A stretch of 64,000 nt of DNA from Vairimorpha necatrix (Eukaryota). A program made the translations under genes and the position numbers. The notes under the pieces are model-generated. The model had not been told where the DNA came from and did not search any database. It saw nothing but the letters and a program-made list of their open reading frames with translations. Of the stretch, positions 34,035-44,845 are shown piece after piece (the first letter of the stretch is position 1; each line of letters begins with the position of its first letter). The stretch is taken from NCBI GenBank assembly GCA_036630325.1, contig CP142726.1, positions 930,001 to 994,000 on the forward strand. Reading direction: 5' to 3'.

Positions 34035-34568
34035 TTATATTTCTAACATGACGTCTCTATCTCTCCTTCTTCTTTGACAATATTGTTTAACACTTTCCTT
34101 ATATCGCAATCCCAATAAATCTGGATGTATAATATAAATTAAAACCAAATTCAAAAAATTTAAAATATATGAAAAAACTATTAACACTAGTATAAACTTA
34201 AAATTCGAATATGAAGACCAACTATAAGGATACAAAATTGAAAAAATATACATTCCAAATAAAATAATTTCACAAATTATTAATATGCCTAATACTCTAA
34301 GTTTAGTACGTGTGCCTCCAGGATTCAAAGATCTATGAAGATATAAATCATTTAAATCTCTACCTACAAAAAAAGCAAAAATTCTTATTCCTATAAAAAT
34401 TATTAAACTTGTGTATAAAATGCTTATATTTTTGGTAGTGAAAAGTTTTGTGGCGGAAAAGTCATCGTCCAAACTAATAAGCCTTTCTCCAAGAATACCG
34501 TAATTGGCCAGTGAAACGAAGTTTATAAAGACGAATAAAGCATTTTTTACCTCTTGAAAAATTCTCAT
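34035..34568 (-). CDS. Hypothetical multi-pass membrane protein
   Basis: 177 aa with about four hydrophobic segments and a basic C-terminal tail. Confidence 0.7.
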   Translation of the reverse strand: MRIFQEVKNALFVFINFVSLANYGILGERLISLDDDFSATKLFTTKNISILYTSLIIFIGIRIFAFFVGRDLNDLYLHRSLNPGGTRTKLRVLGILIICEIILFGMYIFSILYPYSWSSYSNFKFILVLIVFSYILNFLNLVLIYIIHPDLLGLRYKESVKQYCQRRRRDRDVMLEI

Positions 34569-34771
34569 TATTTTTAATTATTGTAATATGGATGAAAAAT
34601 AAAATTAAATTTGCGAAAACAATATAAATAGTACTTTGTTTGTAAACAAACAAACTTCAAATATTTTCAATAAAATATCTGTACTTATTATGGATTGTAA
34701 AATCAATATATTCGTTCGCATTTGAGGCATATTAATTTTTATATGAAAAATCAAGTATTAATTTGCAAATG

Positions 34772-35807
34772 GGACCTTCGGACCGAAATTCACCTTTTTT
34801 TGATGTCTTCAAATTTTCATTTTTTCACCCCAAAAAATGAAATTCCAAAAGTTGAGGAAAAGAGAGATTGAAAAAAAAAAAAACAACAAATAAAAATCTT
34901 ACAACTTAGCGGTTGTAAAATATGCAATGAAGAGCTTACATCATACACAAAAAATAAGTATGAATATATGAAATGTACAAATAAAATATGTCCACTATAA
35001 AAAAAACATATTAATGTTAAAAAGAGACAATATTTAGTCATGTAAAAATTTCTAAAGTGAAATTTGTCGAGGTATTGACCTCTGGTTATCAAAATGTAGT
35101 GTGGATACTATTTCATACGTAACCAGAATTGATAAAAAAGTTATATGGAGAATATTGAAAAAAACTAGTGAAGTACTAGTTAAAAAATTCTACCAAAACA
35201 TTGAATATATTGGAAATCCCGGTGAAACAGTTGAAATGGATGAGTCAAAGATTGGAAAGAATAAATATAATCGTGGACATCCAGTAGGAGGAGTTTGGCT
35301 CTTTGGAGTAGTTGAAAGAGATGGCAAAAAACAGTCATATTATTTCAAGTTAGTGATCGTACCATAAGTACGTTAAAATTTCACATTAAAAATAGTGTAA
35401 AAGAAGGTAGCAAATTATATTCTGACTGTTGGAAGGGATATACGGGCATTCAAAATGAAGGTTATAGTCACCACACTGTAAACCACTCTAAATTTTTTAA
35501 AGATCCCGAGACAGGAATACATACTAATTCTATCGAAGGAACATGGTCTGGTTTAAAACAGCATATACCATACAGATGTAGAACGAGGAAATTAATTAAT
35601 AGGTATTTAGTGAGGTACATGTTAATAAAAAACTATAATACTCATCCAGTAATAAGTTGCTTAACGTAAATTATGATGAAAAATTAAATATTTAAAACTT
35701 TTATTCTTTTTTTGTTTCCTTCCTCAACTTTTGAAATTTCATTTTTTGGGGTGAAAAAATGAAAATTTGAAGACATCAAAAAAAGGTGAATTTCGGTCCG
35801 ATCAACC
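34772..35807 (+). mobile_element. Merlin transposon with ~90-bp TIRs, transposase pseudogene
   Basis: TIR TCGGACCGAAATTCACC...AAAAGTTGAGGAA and its inverse at ~35720-35801; flanking GCAAATG duplicated; frameshifted VEMDESKIG, YSDCWKGY, TVNHS, HTNSIEGTW. Confidence 0.9.
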
Positions 35808-35917
35808 GCAAATGTCATAAAATAAATTAGCCTAGTAAATGAAATATTTACATACCAATTTACACAAGAAGCGTTATTATAATTAAATTATGTAGAATGA
35901 ATATATAAAATATCAAT

Positions 35918-36505
35918 TTATACTTCTTTATTTGTTTTTGAAAAGTTAAAATGTTCTTTGTTATTTTTCAATACTGTAAACCCAACATCATTCTTTAAAG
36001 CAGAAACAATGATCAAGTAATCAGGCCGACTTAAATCTACTTTCATTCCCTCCAAGGTCGAAGTTATCAATTCAAATATCCTTTTCCTAGTATCTTGAGG
36101 AACGAATCTTTCTTCATACTCAATTTTAAATGTCAAAGATTTGTCAATATCAACCAAGCCCTTCCTCATTACATTTTCATTGTACGTTGTGAATCTATCT
36201 AAAGGTACAATTCTATGAACGTATTCTAGTTTTACGCCTCTCTCCTTTAAAATGTAAAATAGTTTTGAAGGTGTAAATGGAGAAGAATTTGAGACATAAA
36301 ACATGCTTTTATAAGTAAAAAAAAGAGAGAAAAATGATTTTTTTAGAATTCTAATTTCATTTTTTATTTCTTCAGAAACGTTTAAAGTACTGTAGTCTGG
36401 TTGAGTTTCTATGGTATCAAAAGATGTGTTTAGTACTGTTTGCAGTTCTTTGAAAGCTTTTTCTTCTTTTCCTTTTTTACAAGATACAAAAAAACCGCTT
36501 TTCAT
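35918..36505 (-). CDS. THUMP-domain protein (Tan1-like), copy 1
   Basis: GFFVSCKKGKEEKA, YVHRIVPL, KVDLSRPDYLIIV. Confidence 0.8.
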   Translation of the reverse strand: MKSGFFVSCKKGKEEKAFKELQTVLNTSFDTIETQPDYSTLNVSEEIKNEIRILKKSFFSLFFTYKSMFYVSNSSPFTPSKLFYILKERGVKLEYVHRIVPLDRFTTYNENVMRKGLVDIDKSLTFKIEYEERFVPQDTRKRIFELITSTLEGMKVDLSRPDYLIIVSALKNDVGFTVLKNNKEHFNFSKTNKEV

Positions 36506-37289
36506 GTATTAGGGACATAAAAACGCTGATTATGCTTAAATTTCCCCTAGAAAAAGCGCAATTTGTTTTAAAATTAAAAAATTAAGCTTAAAAAAACCAA
36601 GCACTAGCACACAAATTTCTAACCTTTTAAAATATTTATCAAATAAAAATAGTTATTTATTATATAATCATTTGACGGAAGTTAGTTATGTGTTTCATTG
36701 TTCTATAGCTGCCGTCATTTCTTTGTTTACACTTAGTTATTCATAATTGTAGATTCTTAAAAGAAATTTCTTATATAATGAAAAAACAACTTAAATAATT
36801 TAAACATCAAAGAGTATAATGCTTAGTGATTAAAATGTTACCGATGACTTATTTATTAATTAATACTTGTATAAAGCATATGTTTACTTTGTTTTCCAAT
36901 ATCAAAAATGCATAGCAATTTTTATCTTATTCTTATATCGAACTTAATTTTTAGGACTCGGGAAAAAATTTGAAATCCTTTAAAGGTGAGGGGTCGTTTC
37001 TGGCCGAGCTCTTGAAATATCATTAGACATAATGCTATAAGTTTTTTACGTGTATTTATATAGCTTAGAGATCCATGATGATTTAAATCATTTAGCCCTC
37101 TGCCTACATTCAGCAAAAAATTTTATACTTGTACACAAAACGCCCATATTTTTAGGGAAATAGTTTTGTAGCAGAAAGGTCATTGTCCAAACCTGAAAGC
37201 ATTCTCGGCGAGACAGTGGAATTACATGCAGAAAGTGAGCCAGAACAAATATAATTTGGCGCTTTTATGGCATTCGAACAGACACAAAG

Positions 37290-37900
37290 ACTCCCCCTCT
37301 TAATAAAAAAAAATATGGAAAAATACTAGAAATGTATTTAAATTGAATAAATTAGATATAAATCAATAAAATAATCATAAAACCCCTCTTAATCGTCTCT
37401 TTTAAAAAATACTTTTGCTAAAATAAATTCGATGCGCCAAGTACCTATTTCATTATGCTTAATTCAATGTTTTTTTGGCAGTTCAGATGTTGCCTCAACT
37501 AAACGTTCTCGATGTTGTTGGTATGAGCTTCATCTGGAGATTTGAACCCGATAGAGTTGTTTACAGCCTTATGCTCAAAACAAAAAATTCGTGTCACGCC
37601 TGGATAACTTGGATGTCGTCAATGAAAAATTGAACCTATACCTATTTTACATTCCAAGGTCTCTGTTAAACACTCGACAGTCCTATTCTCCACTCTTGTA
37701 ATGTAAAAATGAAGATATGAACAGCTTCTACTATGCCCAATATTCAAACTGTTTCAAGAATTGATTAGTCGGAACTTGTTGAATATCCTATTTTCATCTA
37801 CTACAAATAACGGACACATCGACTTTGAATTCAACCTAATCCATCAACAACTAGACTTTTAGACCATCTATTTTTAAATAAACTTTCTTGAACGATTTTT
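37290..37900 (-). pseudogene. Highly degraded Ty3/Gypsy integrase remnant
   Basis: Minus-strand fragments resembling the integrase core (..VECLTET.., NNSIGFKSPDE) and PPT-like AAGAGGGGGAG at ~37291-37301; many stops. Confidence 0.4.
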
Positions 37901-39019
37901 TTTGCATCAGCAATTGTCGATGATGAAACTTTTGATTTTGCTCTAAAAAATAGCTACTTCTACATAAAATTAAAAATATGCATTCTCAGTTGTTATTTAA
38001 AGTCTTGCTTCCTTTGATAACTGTCACTTTTGCCCTGCACTTATAGTTTATACAACTGTATACTACTCTTTTAATCCATATCTAATTAAAAATAATCAAC
38101 TTTATAACTTCACTGCATTTAAAACATATTTTGTGTTCATTAAACACATACAACTCGATTAATGAGTCTAAACAATCGCTATTATTGTAAAAAGGCCTCT
38201 GTATTGGTTTGAGTTTTACTTTCGTGCTTTTCAATGGTATTCGATAAGAAATTTCAATGTCAAAATTTTTCATTTTTAGGGGGTCGAAATTTTTTTTCAA
38301 AAAACACGATCTAATACCAAAAAGCGTCGATAATTCTTTGATGAATCCACCTAACCTACATAGTTAGATTGTTTTAATGCATGTAGTTTATTATGTTTAC
38401 ACGGGGATGGTTAAGGGTTGCCGCGAGAGCCCTTGTAGAATTTGTGGATCCACTGGTTTCTTTGGTATTATGCATTTCTATTGTATTTAAGATTTCTTAA
38501 ATACTTTTAATATCAGATCAATTTATATAAAACTCCTGTTTCAGCCTTTAAATTAGTGTAGAATAACTTCAGGTAACAATCATGAACAATTTTATGCCAT
38601 AGATATCGAAAGTGATTAGAGAAACAAAGTTTATGAAGACAAATAAAGCCTTTTTACCTATTAAGAATACTATTATATTTGAAATTGCTGAAATATGTAT
38701 TAAAAATGTATCTTATTGGCCGAGAACATAATAAAAAATACTTTGTTTGTTAATAAACAAACTCTAAATATTTACTATAAAAAGGCTGCATGAATTATGC
38801 ATATCGAAAATCAAAATATTTATTTGCATTGGAAGCATATAAATTGTAAGTGAAAAAAATTTGCGTATTGATTTGGATATGTCAGATCATCATATTACCC
38901 AGTGAATAAAGCATCAATATACCAATTTAAACACGAAAAAGAGATTATAAAATTCATAAGAAAAGATATAATTGAAAATGATACTATTAATGCAAAAAAT
39001 ATTAATTTAAGCTTGTTTA

Positions 39020-39595
39020 TTATATTTTGACGAAGGAATCATCACTTACGTTCTTTGGCAATACTGTAAACCCGACATGATCATCTATCGCAGAAACAAT
39101 GATCCAGTAATTAGGGTCTTTTAAATCCACTCTCATTCCCTCCAATGTCAAAGTTATCAGATCAATTATCTTTTTTTTAATATTATGAGTCACAAAATGT
39201 TCTTTATAGTCAATAGCATATGTTAATGACCTGTCAATTTTTGCCAAGTCTTCCCTTATAGAATCTTCATTGTACGTTGTGAATCTATTCAAAGGTAAAA
39301 TTCTATCAATATATTTAAATTTTAGTTTTTTATTTAATAACCAGTTAATTAGAAATGTAGACGATTTATAAGAAGTATTTTCAAGGTAAATTATGCCTTC
39401 ATGGTCGAAAAATAGAGTAAAAAATAATATTTCCAAATGTTTATTTATAAAATTTTGTTCTTCAGTAGAGTTTGAAACACCACAAAAGCTTATTCCCTTT
39501 ATGGGATACAAAGATCCACGCAGTGCTGTTTGTAATTCTTTAACAGCTTTTCCTTCCTTTCCATTTTTGCAAGATACAAAAAATCCACCCGTCAT
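39020..39595 (-). CDS. THUMP-domain protein (Tan1-like), diverged copy 2
   Basis: MTGGFFVSCKNGKEGKA, RFTTYNE, LEGMRVDL; ATG at 39595 after CCC; clear paralogue of 35918-36505. Confidence 0.8.
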   Translation of the reverse strand: MTGGFFVSCKNGKEGKAVKELQTALRGSLYPIKGISFCGVSNSTEEQNFINKHLEILFFTLFFDHEGIIYLENTSYKSSTFLINWLLNKKLKFKYIDRILPLNRFTTYNEDSIREDLAKIDRSLTYAIDYKEHFVTHNIKKKIIDLITLTLEGMRVDLKDPNYWIIVSAIDDHVGFTVLPKNVSDDSFVKI

Positions 39596-39904
39596 TAATA
39601 AGGGTATAAAAAATTTTATCAAGATAAATAGATTATTAGTTAATTGTCTATTTTGTTTAGATATTTGTAGCACAGATTGTTCCAGTGTCGCTCATGGGAT
39701 TCAGCTCTTCACAGATTATGTTTTTGTAGAATTATTTTCGTAAAAATTTTACTAAAAAGATTTAAAAAATTCATCAGAAAGATCAATATTCACATTTCTT
39801 AGTTTTTATTTCTAAAAAGCAAATTTACAATAGACTTTTCAGATTTAGAAATTTTGATTTAATAAGACCAATTTATAAAATTTCTGATTTTTCTTACCCC
39901 CAAA

Positions 39905-42900
39905 ATGGATCTCAAATATGGTAAAGAATATAGTTGGGACATAATTACTAAATTCTTTGAACAGAAAGGCCTTGTAGGTCAACAAATTGATTCTTTTGAT
40001 CAATTTGTCAAGACTAAAATGCAAGAAGTAATTGACGAATCTCCCACGATCACCGTTCAAACTACTCTCTCTGCTGGTAATGAGTCAAGGAGAAAAATAA
40101 CTCTAAAATTTGGCCAAATTTATGTCTCTAAGCCTCCTTCTTATACAGAGGCAGATGGTACGACAATTACGCTTACGCCAAATGAGGCCAGACTCAGAGA
40201 TATAAATTATTTATCGCAGTTGTACATAGACGTCACTAAAGAGACTGAAAGTGAAAGCGGCATGGTCGATCAGCATAAATATTCAAGAATACCTTTCGGA
40301 AGTCTACCAATTATGGTCAAGTCTTCATATTGTTCGACATACAAATTGACAGACGAAGAGTTGATTAAAATTGGGGAATGTGAATATGACGTAGGAGGAT
40401 ATTTTATCATTAATGGATCTGAGAAAGTTATTATTGCTCAAGAGAGAATGGCGACTAATACGATTTATGTTTTTAAGAAATCTCAACCCGCGTCATATTC
40501 TCATTATGCAGAAATAAGGTCAGTACCAGAAAAGGGCGCCAAAAATCCAAGTGCAGTTTCTTTGAAATTATGTAAAAATCCAAATGTCATTAGAGTTTCA
40601 ATTCCGTACTCTAAACAAGAAATTCCTCTTTTTATAATTTACAGAGCTCTTGGTTTTCTTAGTGACAAGGAAATTACAGACCACATCGTCACTTCTAATG
40701 ATGAAGAAATGTTTGATATTTTAAAAGATAGCATTTTAGAATCTACTGTAGTACAAGACCAAAATGTAGCTTTGGATTATATTGGGAAGAGATCTGCTCC
40801 TGTTGGATCTTCTAGAGAAAAAAGAATAAATTTTGCCAGAGATTTGCTGGCCAAGGAATTATTGCCTCATATCGGGACACAAGAATTTAATGAGACAAAA
40901 AAGGCGTATTTCTTAGGCTACATGGTCCAGAAGCTTCTTATGGTAGCATTAGGAAGAAAGAAGGAAGATGATAGAGATCATTATGGGAAAAAGAGAATGG
41001 ACTTGGCTGGTCCTTTACTGGCTTCTTTGTTCAGATCTTTGTATAAGAAATTGTGTTCTGAGACTGCCAAGCACATGCAGAAATGTCTAGAAGGAGGCAG
41101 AGATTTCAATATTGCCCTAGGATTAAAAGCGAGTACAATAGCTCAAGGCTTCAGATATGCCATAGCAACTGGTAATTGGGGAGATCAAGCTCAGGCCATG
41201 CAGTCCAAGGCGGGAGTGGCCCAAGTTCTGAATAGATACAATTTTGTCTCTACGTTGAGTCATCTAAGGAGAGTCAACACACCAATAGAAAAAGAGGGCA
41301 AATTGGCCAAGCCCCGTCAGTTACACAATACGCATTGGGGGATGATTTGTCCCGCCGAGACCCCAGAGGGCCAAGCCTGTGGGCTTGTGAAGAATCTTTC
41401 TCTGATGGCTTACATTTCCGTGGGCTCGTCTTCTGAGCCAATTATTGAATTTCTAGAAGAATGTGGCCTAGAGAGTCTTGAAGAGCTTTCTCATTTTCAG
41501 TTACAAAATTCTACTAAAATTTTTGTAAATGGTGTCTGGGTTGGAATTCACGAAGATCCAGAATATTTGATAAATTCCTTGAGATTATTAAGGAGATCTT
41601 TAGAAATTGATAAAGAAGTGAGTATTGTGAGAGACATAAGAGAAAGAGAAATTAGAATTCAGTCTGATTCAGGGCGACCATGTCGCCCTTTATTTGTAGT
41701 AAAGAATAATAAGTTGTGCATAGATGAAGCGTATTCTAATAAAGAAGAAATTAAGAGATGCACTTGGAATGAATTCATAGAAAATGGACTTATTGAGTTT
41801 TTAGATGTAGAAGAAGAAGAAGTTTCAATGATAGCCATGTCTCCAGATCAACTTAATGAAAACAGATTTAATACCAAAGATTTAAGATATAATAATAATA
41901 TCCGCAAGGATCGAAGTAAAGACGTTGATTTCGATAATAATAGTACTAGTTTGAATTACACACATTGTGAAATCCATCCTGCTACTATTTTGGGGATTTG
42001 TGCCTCTGTTATTCCTTTCCCTGATCATAATCAGAGTCCTCGTAATACTTACCAGAGTGCTATGGTCAAACAAGCCATGGGAGTCTTTGCTACTAATTTC
42101 ATGCTTAGAATGGACACGCTGAGTAATATTCTCTATTATCCTCAGAAACCACTGGTCACTACTAAAAGTATGGAATATATGAAATTCAAAGAACTTCCTC
42201 CTGGTCAGAATGCCATAGTGGCTATAGCTTCGTATACGGGGTACAATCAAGAAGACAGTATAATAATGAATCAAAGCGCCATAGACAGAGGCCTCTTTAG
42301 GAGCTTCTTCTATAGAACTTATACTGATCAAGAAAATACAACCCGACCAGGAGCCCACGAGGAATTCTGTAAACCAAACAGGAGTGAAGTTCTTAGGATG
42401 AGAAATCTGAATTATTCCAAATTAGACGAGGATGGGATTATTCCCATAGGAGTCAGAGTGACTGGAGATGATGTGTTAATAGGAAAAGTAAGTCCAATTC
42501 TAGACCCAGAAAGAAGTACTAAGGCGAACCCAGTGTACTTGAAAAAAGACAGTAGTACAAGTATGAGGAGGACTGAGAATGGATTTGTAGACAGTGTAAT
42601 AGTCACAAATAAGGACGGGTATAAATTCGCGAAAGTGAAAGTGAGGACTAGTCGAATTCCACAAATGGGCGACAAGTTTGCGTCTCGTCATGCCCAGAAG
42701 GGGACCATGGGAATAAGTTTGAGACAGGAAGACATGCCTTTTACATCTGAAGGAATAGTCCCGGATATCATTATTAATCCTCATGCTATACCAAGTAGAA
42801 TGACTATAGGCCACTTAATAGAGTGTCTGTTGGGGAAGACATGTGCTTTGACTGGGGAAGAAGGAGACGCCACCCCTTTCAATGGAGTGACAGTGGACAG

Positions 42901-43390
42901 CATAAGCCAGAAACTGAAAGAGTTTAATTATCAACAAAGGGGATTCGAAGTCATGTACAATGGAATGACAGGGCATAAACTCAGGGCTCAAATCTTTATA
43001 GGCCCGACTTATTACCAAAGGCTTAAGCACATGGTCGAGGACAAAATCCACGCCCGGGCGAAGGGGCCGCTTCAAATTCTGACTCGTCAGCCTGTAGAAG
43101 GCCGATCGAGGGACGGAGGCCTGAGATTCGGGGAAATGGAGCGTGACTGCATAATTTCCCATGGTGCTTCTGCGTTTCTTAAAGAGAGACTGATGGATGT
43201 CAGTGATCCGTACAAATGTTCAGTGTGCGATGAATGTGGACTTATAGCTATTGATACTAAGAGATATAAAGAGTGTAAAGGATGTCATAATAGGACTAAT
43301 ATAAAAATGGTAGAAATACCTTATGCGTTTAAATTATTAATACAAGAATTAATGGCCATGAATATAGCACCCAGAATAAGAGCCGAATAA
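39905..43390 (+). CDS. RPB2: RNA polymerase II second-largest subunit
   Basis: GYFIINGSEKV, DDRDHYGKKR, RQLHNTHWG, GYNQEDS, GDKFASRHAQKG, GLRFGEMERD. Confidence 0.99.
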   Translation: MDLKYGKEYSWDIITKFFEQKGLVGQQIDSFDQFVKTKMQEVIDESPTITVQTTLSAGNESRRKITLKFGQIYVSKPPSYTEADGTTITLTPNEARLRDINYLSQLYIDVTKETESESGMVDQHKYSRIPFGSLPIMVKSSYCSTYKLTDEELIKIGECEYDVGGYFIINGSEKVIIAQERMATNTIYVFKKSQPASYSHYAEIRSVPEKGAKNPSAVSLKLCKNPNVIRVSIPYSKQEIPLFIIYRALGFLSDKEITDHIVTSNDEEMFDILKDSILESTVVQDQNVALDYIGKRSAPVGSSREKRINFARDLLAKELLPHIGTQEFNETKKAYFLGYMVQKLLMVALGRKKEDDRDHYGKKRMDLAGPLLASLFRSLYKKLCSETAKHMQKCLEGGRDFNIALGLKASTIAQGFRYAIATGNWGDQAQAMQSKAGVAQVLNRYNFVSTLSHLRRVNTPIEKEGKLAKPRQLHNTHWGMICPAETPEGQACGLVKNLSLMAYISVGSSSEPIIEFLEECGLESLEELSHFQLQNSTKIFVNGVWVGIHEDPEYLINSLRLLRRSLEIDKEVSIVRDIREREIRIQSDSGRPCRPLFVVKNNKLCIDEAYSNKEEIKRCTWNEFIENGLIEFLDVEEEEVSMIAMSPDQLNENRFNTKDLRYNNNIRKDRSKDVDFDNNSTSLNYTHCEIHPATILGICASVIPFPDHNQSPRNTYQSAMVKQAMGVFATNFMLRMDTLSNILYYPQKPLVTTKSMEYMKFKELPPGQNAIVAIASYTGYNQEDSIIMNQSAIDRGLFRSFFYRTYTDQENTTRPGAHEEFCKPNRSEVLRMRNLNYSKLDEDGIIPIGVRVTGDDVLIGKVSPILDPERSTKANPVYLKKDSSTSMRRTENGFVDSVIVTNKDGYKFAKVKVRTSRIPQMGDKFASRHAQKGTMGISLRQEDMPFTSEGIVPDIIINPHAIPSRMTIGHLIECLLGKTCALTGEEGDATPFNGVTVDSISQKLKEFNYQQRGFEVMYNGMTGHKLRAQIFIGPTYYQRLKHMVEDKIHARAKGPLQILTRQPVEGRSRDGGLRFGEMERDCIISHGASAFLKERLMDVSDPYKCSVCDECGLIAIDTKRYKECKGCHNRTNIKMVEIPYAFKLLIQELMAMNIAPRIRAE

Positions 43391-43582
43391 AATTAGTTAA
43401 ACTAATAAATTTAGTGTTTTATCTATTAAAATAATATTTAATTTAGTTAACTAATAAATTTAGTGTTTTATCTAGTAAAATAATATTTATTTTACATTTA
43501 ATTTTATGTTAATATTTTACTTTTAATTTTATGTTTAAATTTTACATTTAATTTTTTGTTTAAATTTTACATTTAATTTTTT
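43391..43582. repeat. AT-rich tandem repeats between convergent genes
   Basis: Two ~50-bp copies of TTAGTTAA.CTAATAAATTTAGTGTTTTATCTA.TAAAATAATATTTA, then about four copies of TTTTACATTTAATTTT.TGTT. Confidence 0.75.
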
Positions 43583-43948
43583 TCATGTAAAATGTTTACT
43601 GGGTTGAAATTTCGGGGAATTTATTGGCATGTCTAAAATATAAAATGGGTCTAATAAAACATAGTCACAAAACTCTTGAAATATCAATTTATACAAACTC
43701 GTCTCTTTTTTATCAGACACAAAAATAAAAGACAAATTAGTAGCAGATCTGAAATATGAAATGACTTTATTTTTATAATTAAAATATTTTACAGAGACAT
43801 CTTCTTTGTTTAATTTGTCTATCATACAATTGACAGAGTGGAGTGTGCCAGATAAAATTAATAATTGATTTGTAGAAAATTTAAAATATTTCTGGTATGT
43901 GTAGATCATTGAACCAGAACTATTTATAATTAGAAATTGGTAGATCAT
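43583..43948 (-). CDS. TRS23: TRAPP subunit Trs23 (TRAPPC4, sybindin-like)
   Basis: IINSSGSMIY, STNQLLILSGTLHS, DYVLLDPFYILDMPI..KF; ATG at 43948 after CCC. Confidence 0.8.
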   Translation of the reverse strand: MIYQFLIINSSGSMIYTYQKYFKFSTNQLLILSGTLHSVNCMIDKLNKEDVSVKYFNYKNKVISYFRSATNLSFIFVSDKKETSLYKLIFQEFCDYVLLDPFYILDMPINSPKFQPSKHFT

Positions 43949-44001
43949 CTTAAAAAGGGTAAGATAATAATTTATACATAAAATGAATATAATTATATTT
44001 A

Positions 44002-44298
44002 TTAAATAAAGCATGAATTTAAGTTTTTATGTCTGCAAATTGGACACTTCTCGTTTAATTTGTTCCATGTTTTTATGCAGATCTTGTGAAATGCTGTCAT
44101 GCATTTTAGGCACTGTTTTATTTCTTCATTTTTAATGTCTTCTAGGCATATCGAACAGTGAAATATTTCATAAGAATGAGAAATTAATTCTAAAATGTCT
44201 TCAGATATTTTAAATTCTTGTATTTCTAATTGGCAATCGTAACAAGAATCAAATTGTCTAGTCACTTCTATAAAATTACAATATTTACATTTATGCAT
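44002..44298 (-). CDS. Small RING-finger protein
   Basis: CSICLEDI..C..C...FHKICIKTW.....CPICR. Confidence 0.8.
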   Translation of the reverse strand: MHKCKYCNFIEVTRQFDSCYDCQLEIQEFKISEDILELISHSYEIFHCSICLEDIKNEEIKQCLKCMTAFHKICIKTWNKLNEKCPICRHKNLNSCFI

Positions 44299-44323
44299 AA
44301 AACTAAAATATTGATTTTTTTAA

Positions 44324-44396
44324 GTGACCTTAGTGTAGTGGTTATCACGTTTGTCTAACACGCAGAAGGTCCCCAGTTCGAGCCTGGGAGGTCACA
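44324..44396 (+). tRNA. tRNA-Val (anticodon AAC)
   Basis: Acceptor stem GTGACCT/AGGTCAC, D-loop AGTGGTTA, anticodon loop CT-AAC-AC, T-arm CCCAG-TTCGAGC-CTGGG, followed by a T-run. Confidence 0.95.
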
Positions 44397-44509
44397 TTTT
44401 TATTACAAAATATTTATGCAGGCGTAGCATATCTTAATATTCTAAAAATTTAATTGATTCTTCATATTATTGGTCAATTTTCTTTTATATTTCCCTTTAT
44501 TTTATATTT

Positions 44510-44845
44510 ATGAATTATAAAATAGAAATCCCAAGAGACTGGCGCACTTCGGAGATCAGATTTATAGACGAAATGCCTTTATGTCTAATTGACAAATTAG
44601 ACAAGGAAATTTATAAAGAAAGCATTAATTCCATAAATAATATTTTTAAGCCTAAATATTCGTACTTGGGCATTTTCAAGATGCTAACACTTGTCCCGTA
44701 CTTGTTTAGTGACAAATCGTCATATGACAAAGATTTGGACAAAGTAATTGAAAATGTAAATAAAAAACTCAAAGACAAAGGAATGTCCTTTGGGAATCCC
44801 AAATATGAAAACTATACACATTTAGTACTGAAAATTGATGAATAA
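44510..44845 (+). CDS. Erf4/Golgin A7-like protein
   Basis: IPRDW..IRF...P..L....YKESINSIN...KGMSFGNP pattern of the ERF4/GOLGA7 family. Confidence 0.6.
   Translation: MNYKIEIPRDWRTSEIRFIDEMPLCLIDKLDKEIYKESINSINNIFKPKYSYLGIFKMLTLVPYLFSDKSSYDKDLDKVIENVNKKLKDKGMSFGNPKYENYTHLVLKIDE

Noticed and set aside
41882-43162. Antisense ORFs inside RPB2 (and similar ones inside Rep-Hel, Ty3 and Merlin ORFs)
   Set aside because: Shadow frames of well-supported genes with no motifs of their own.
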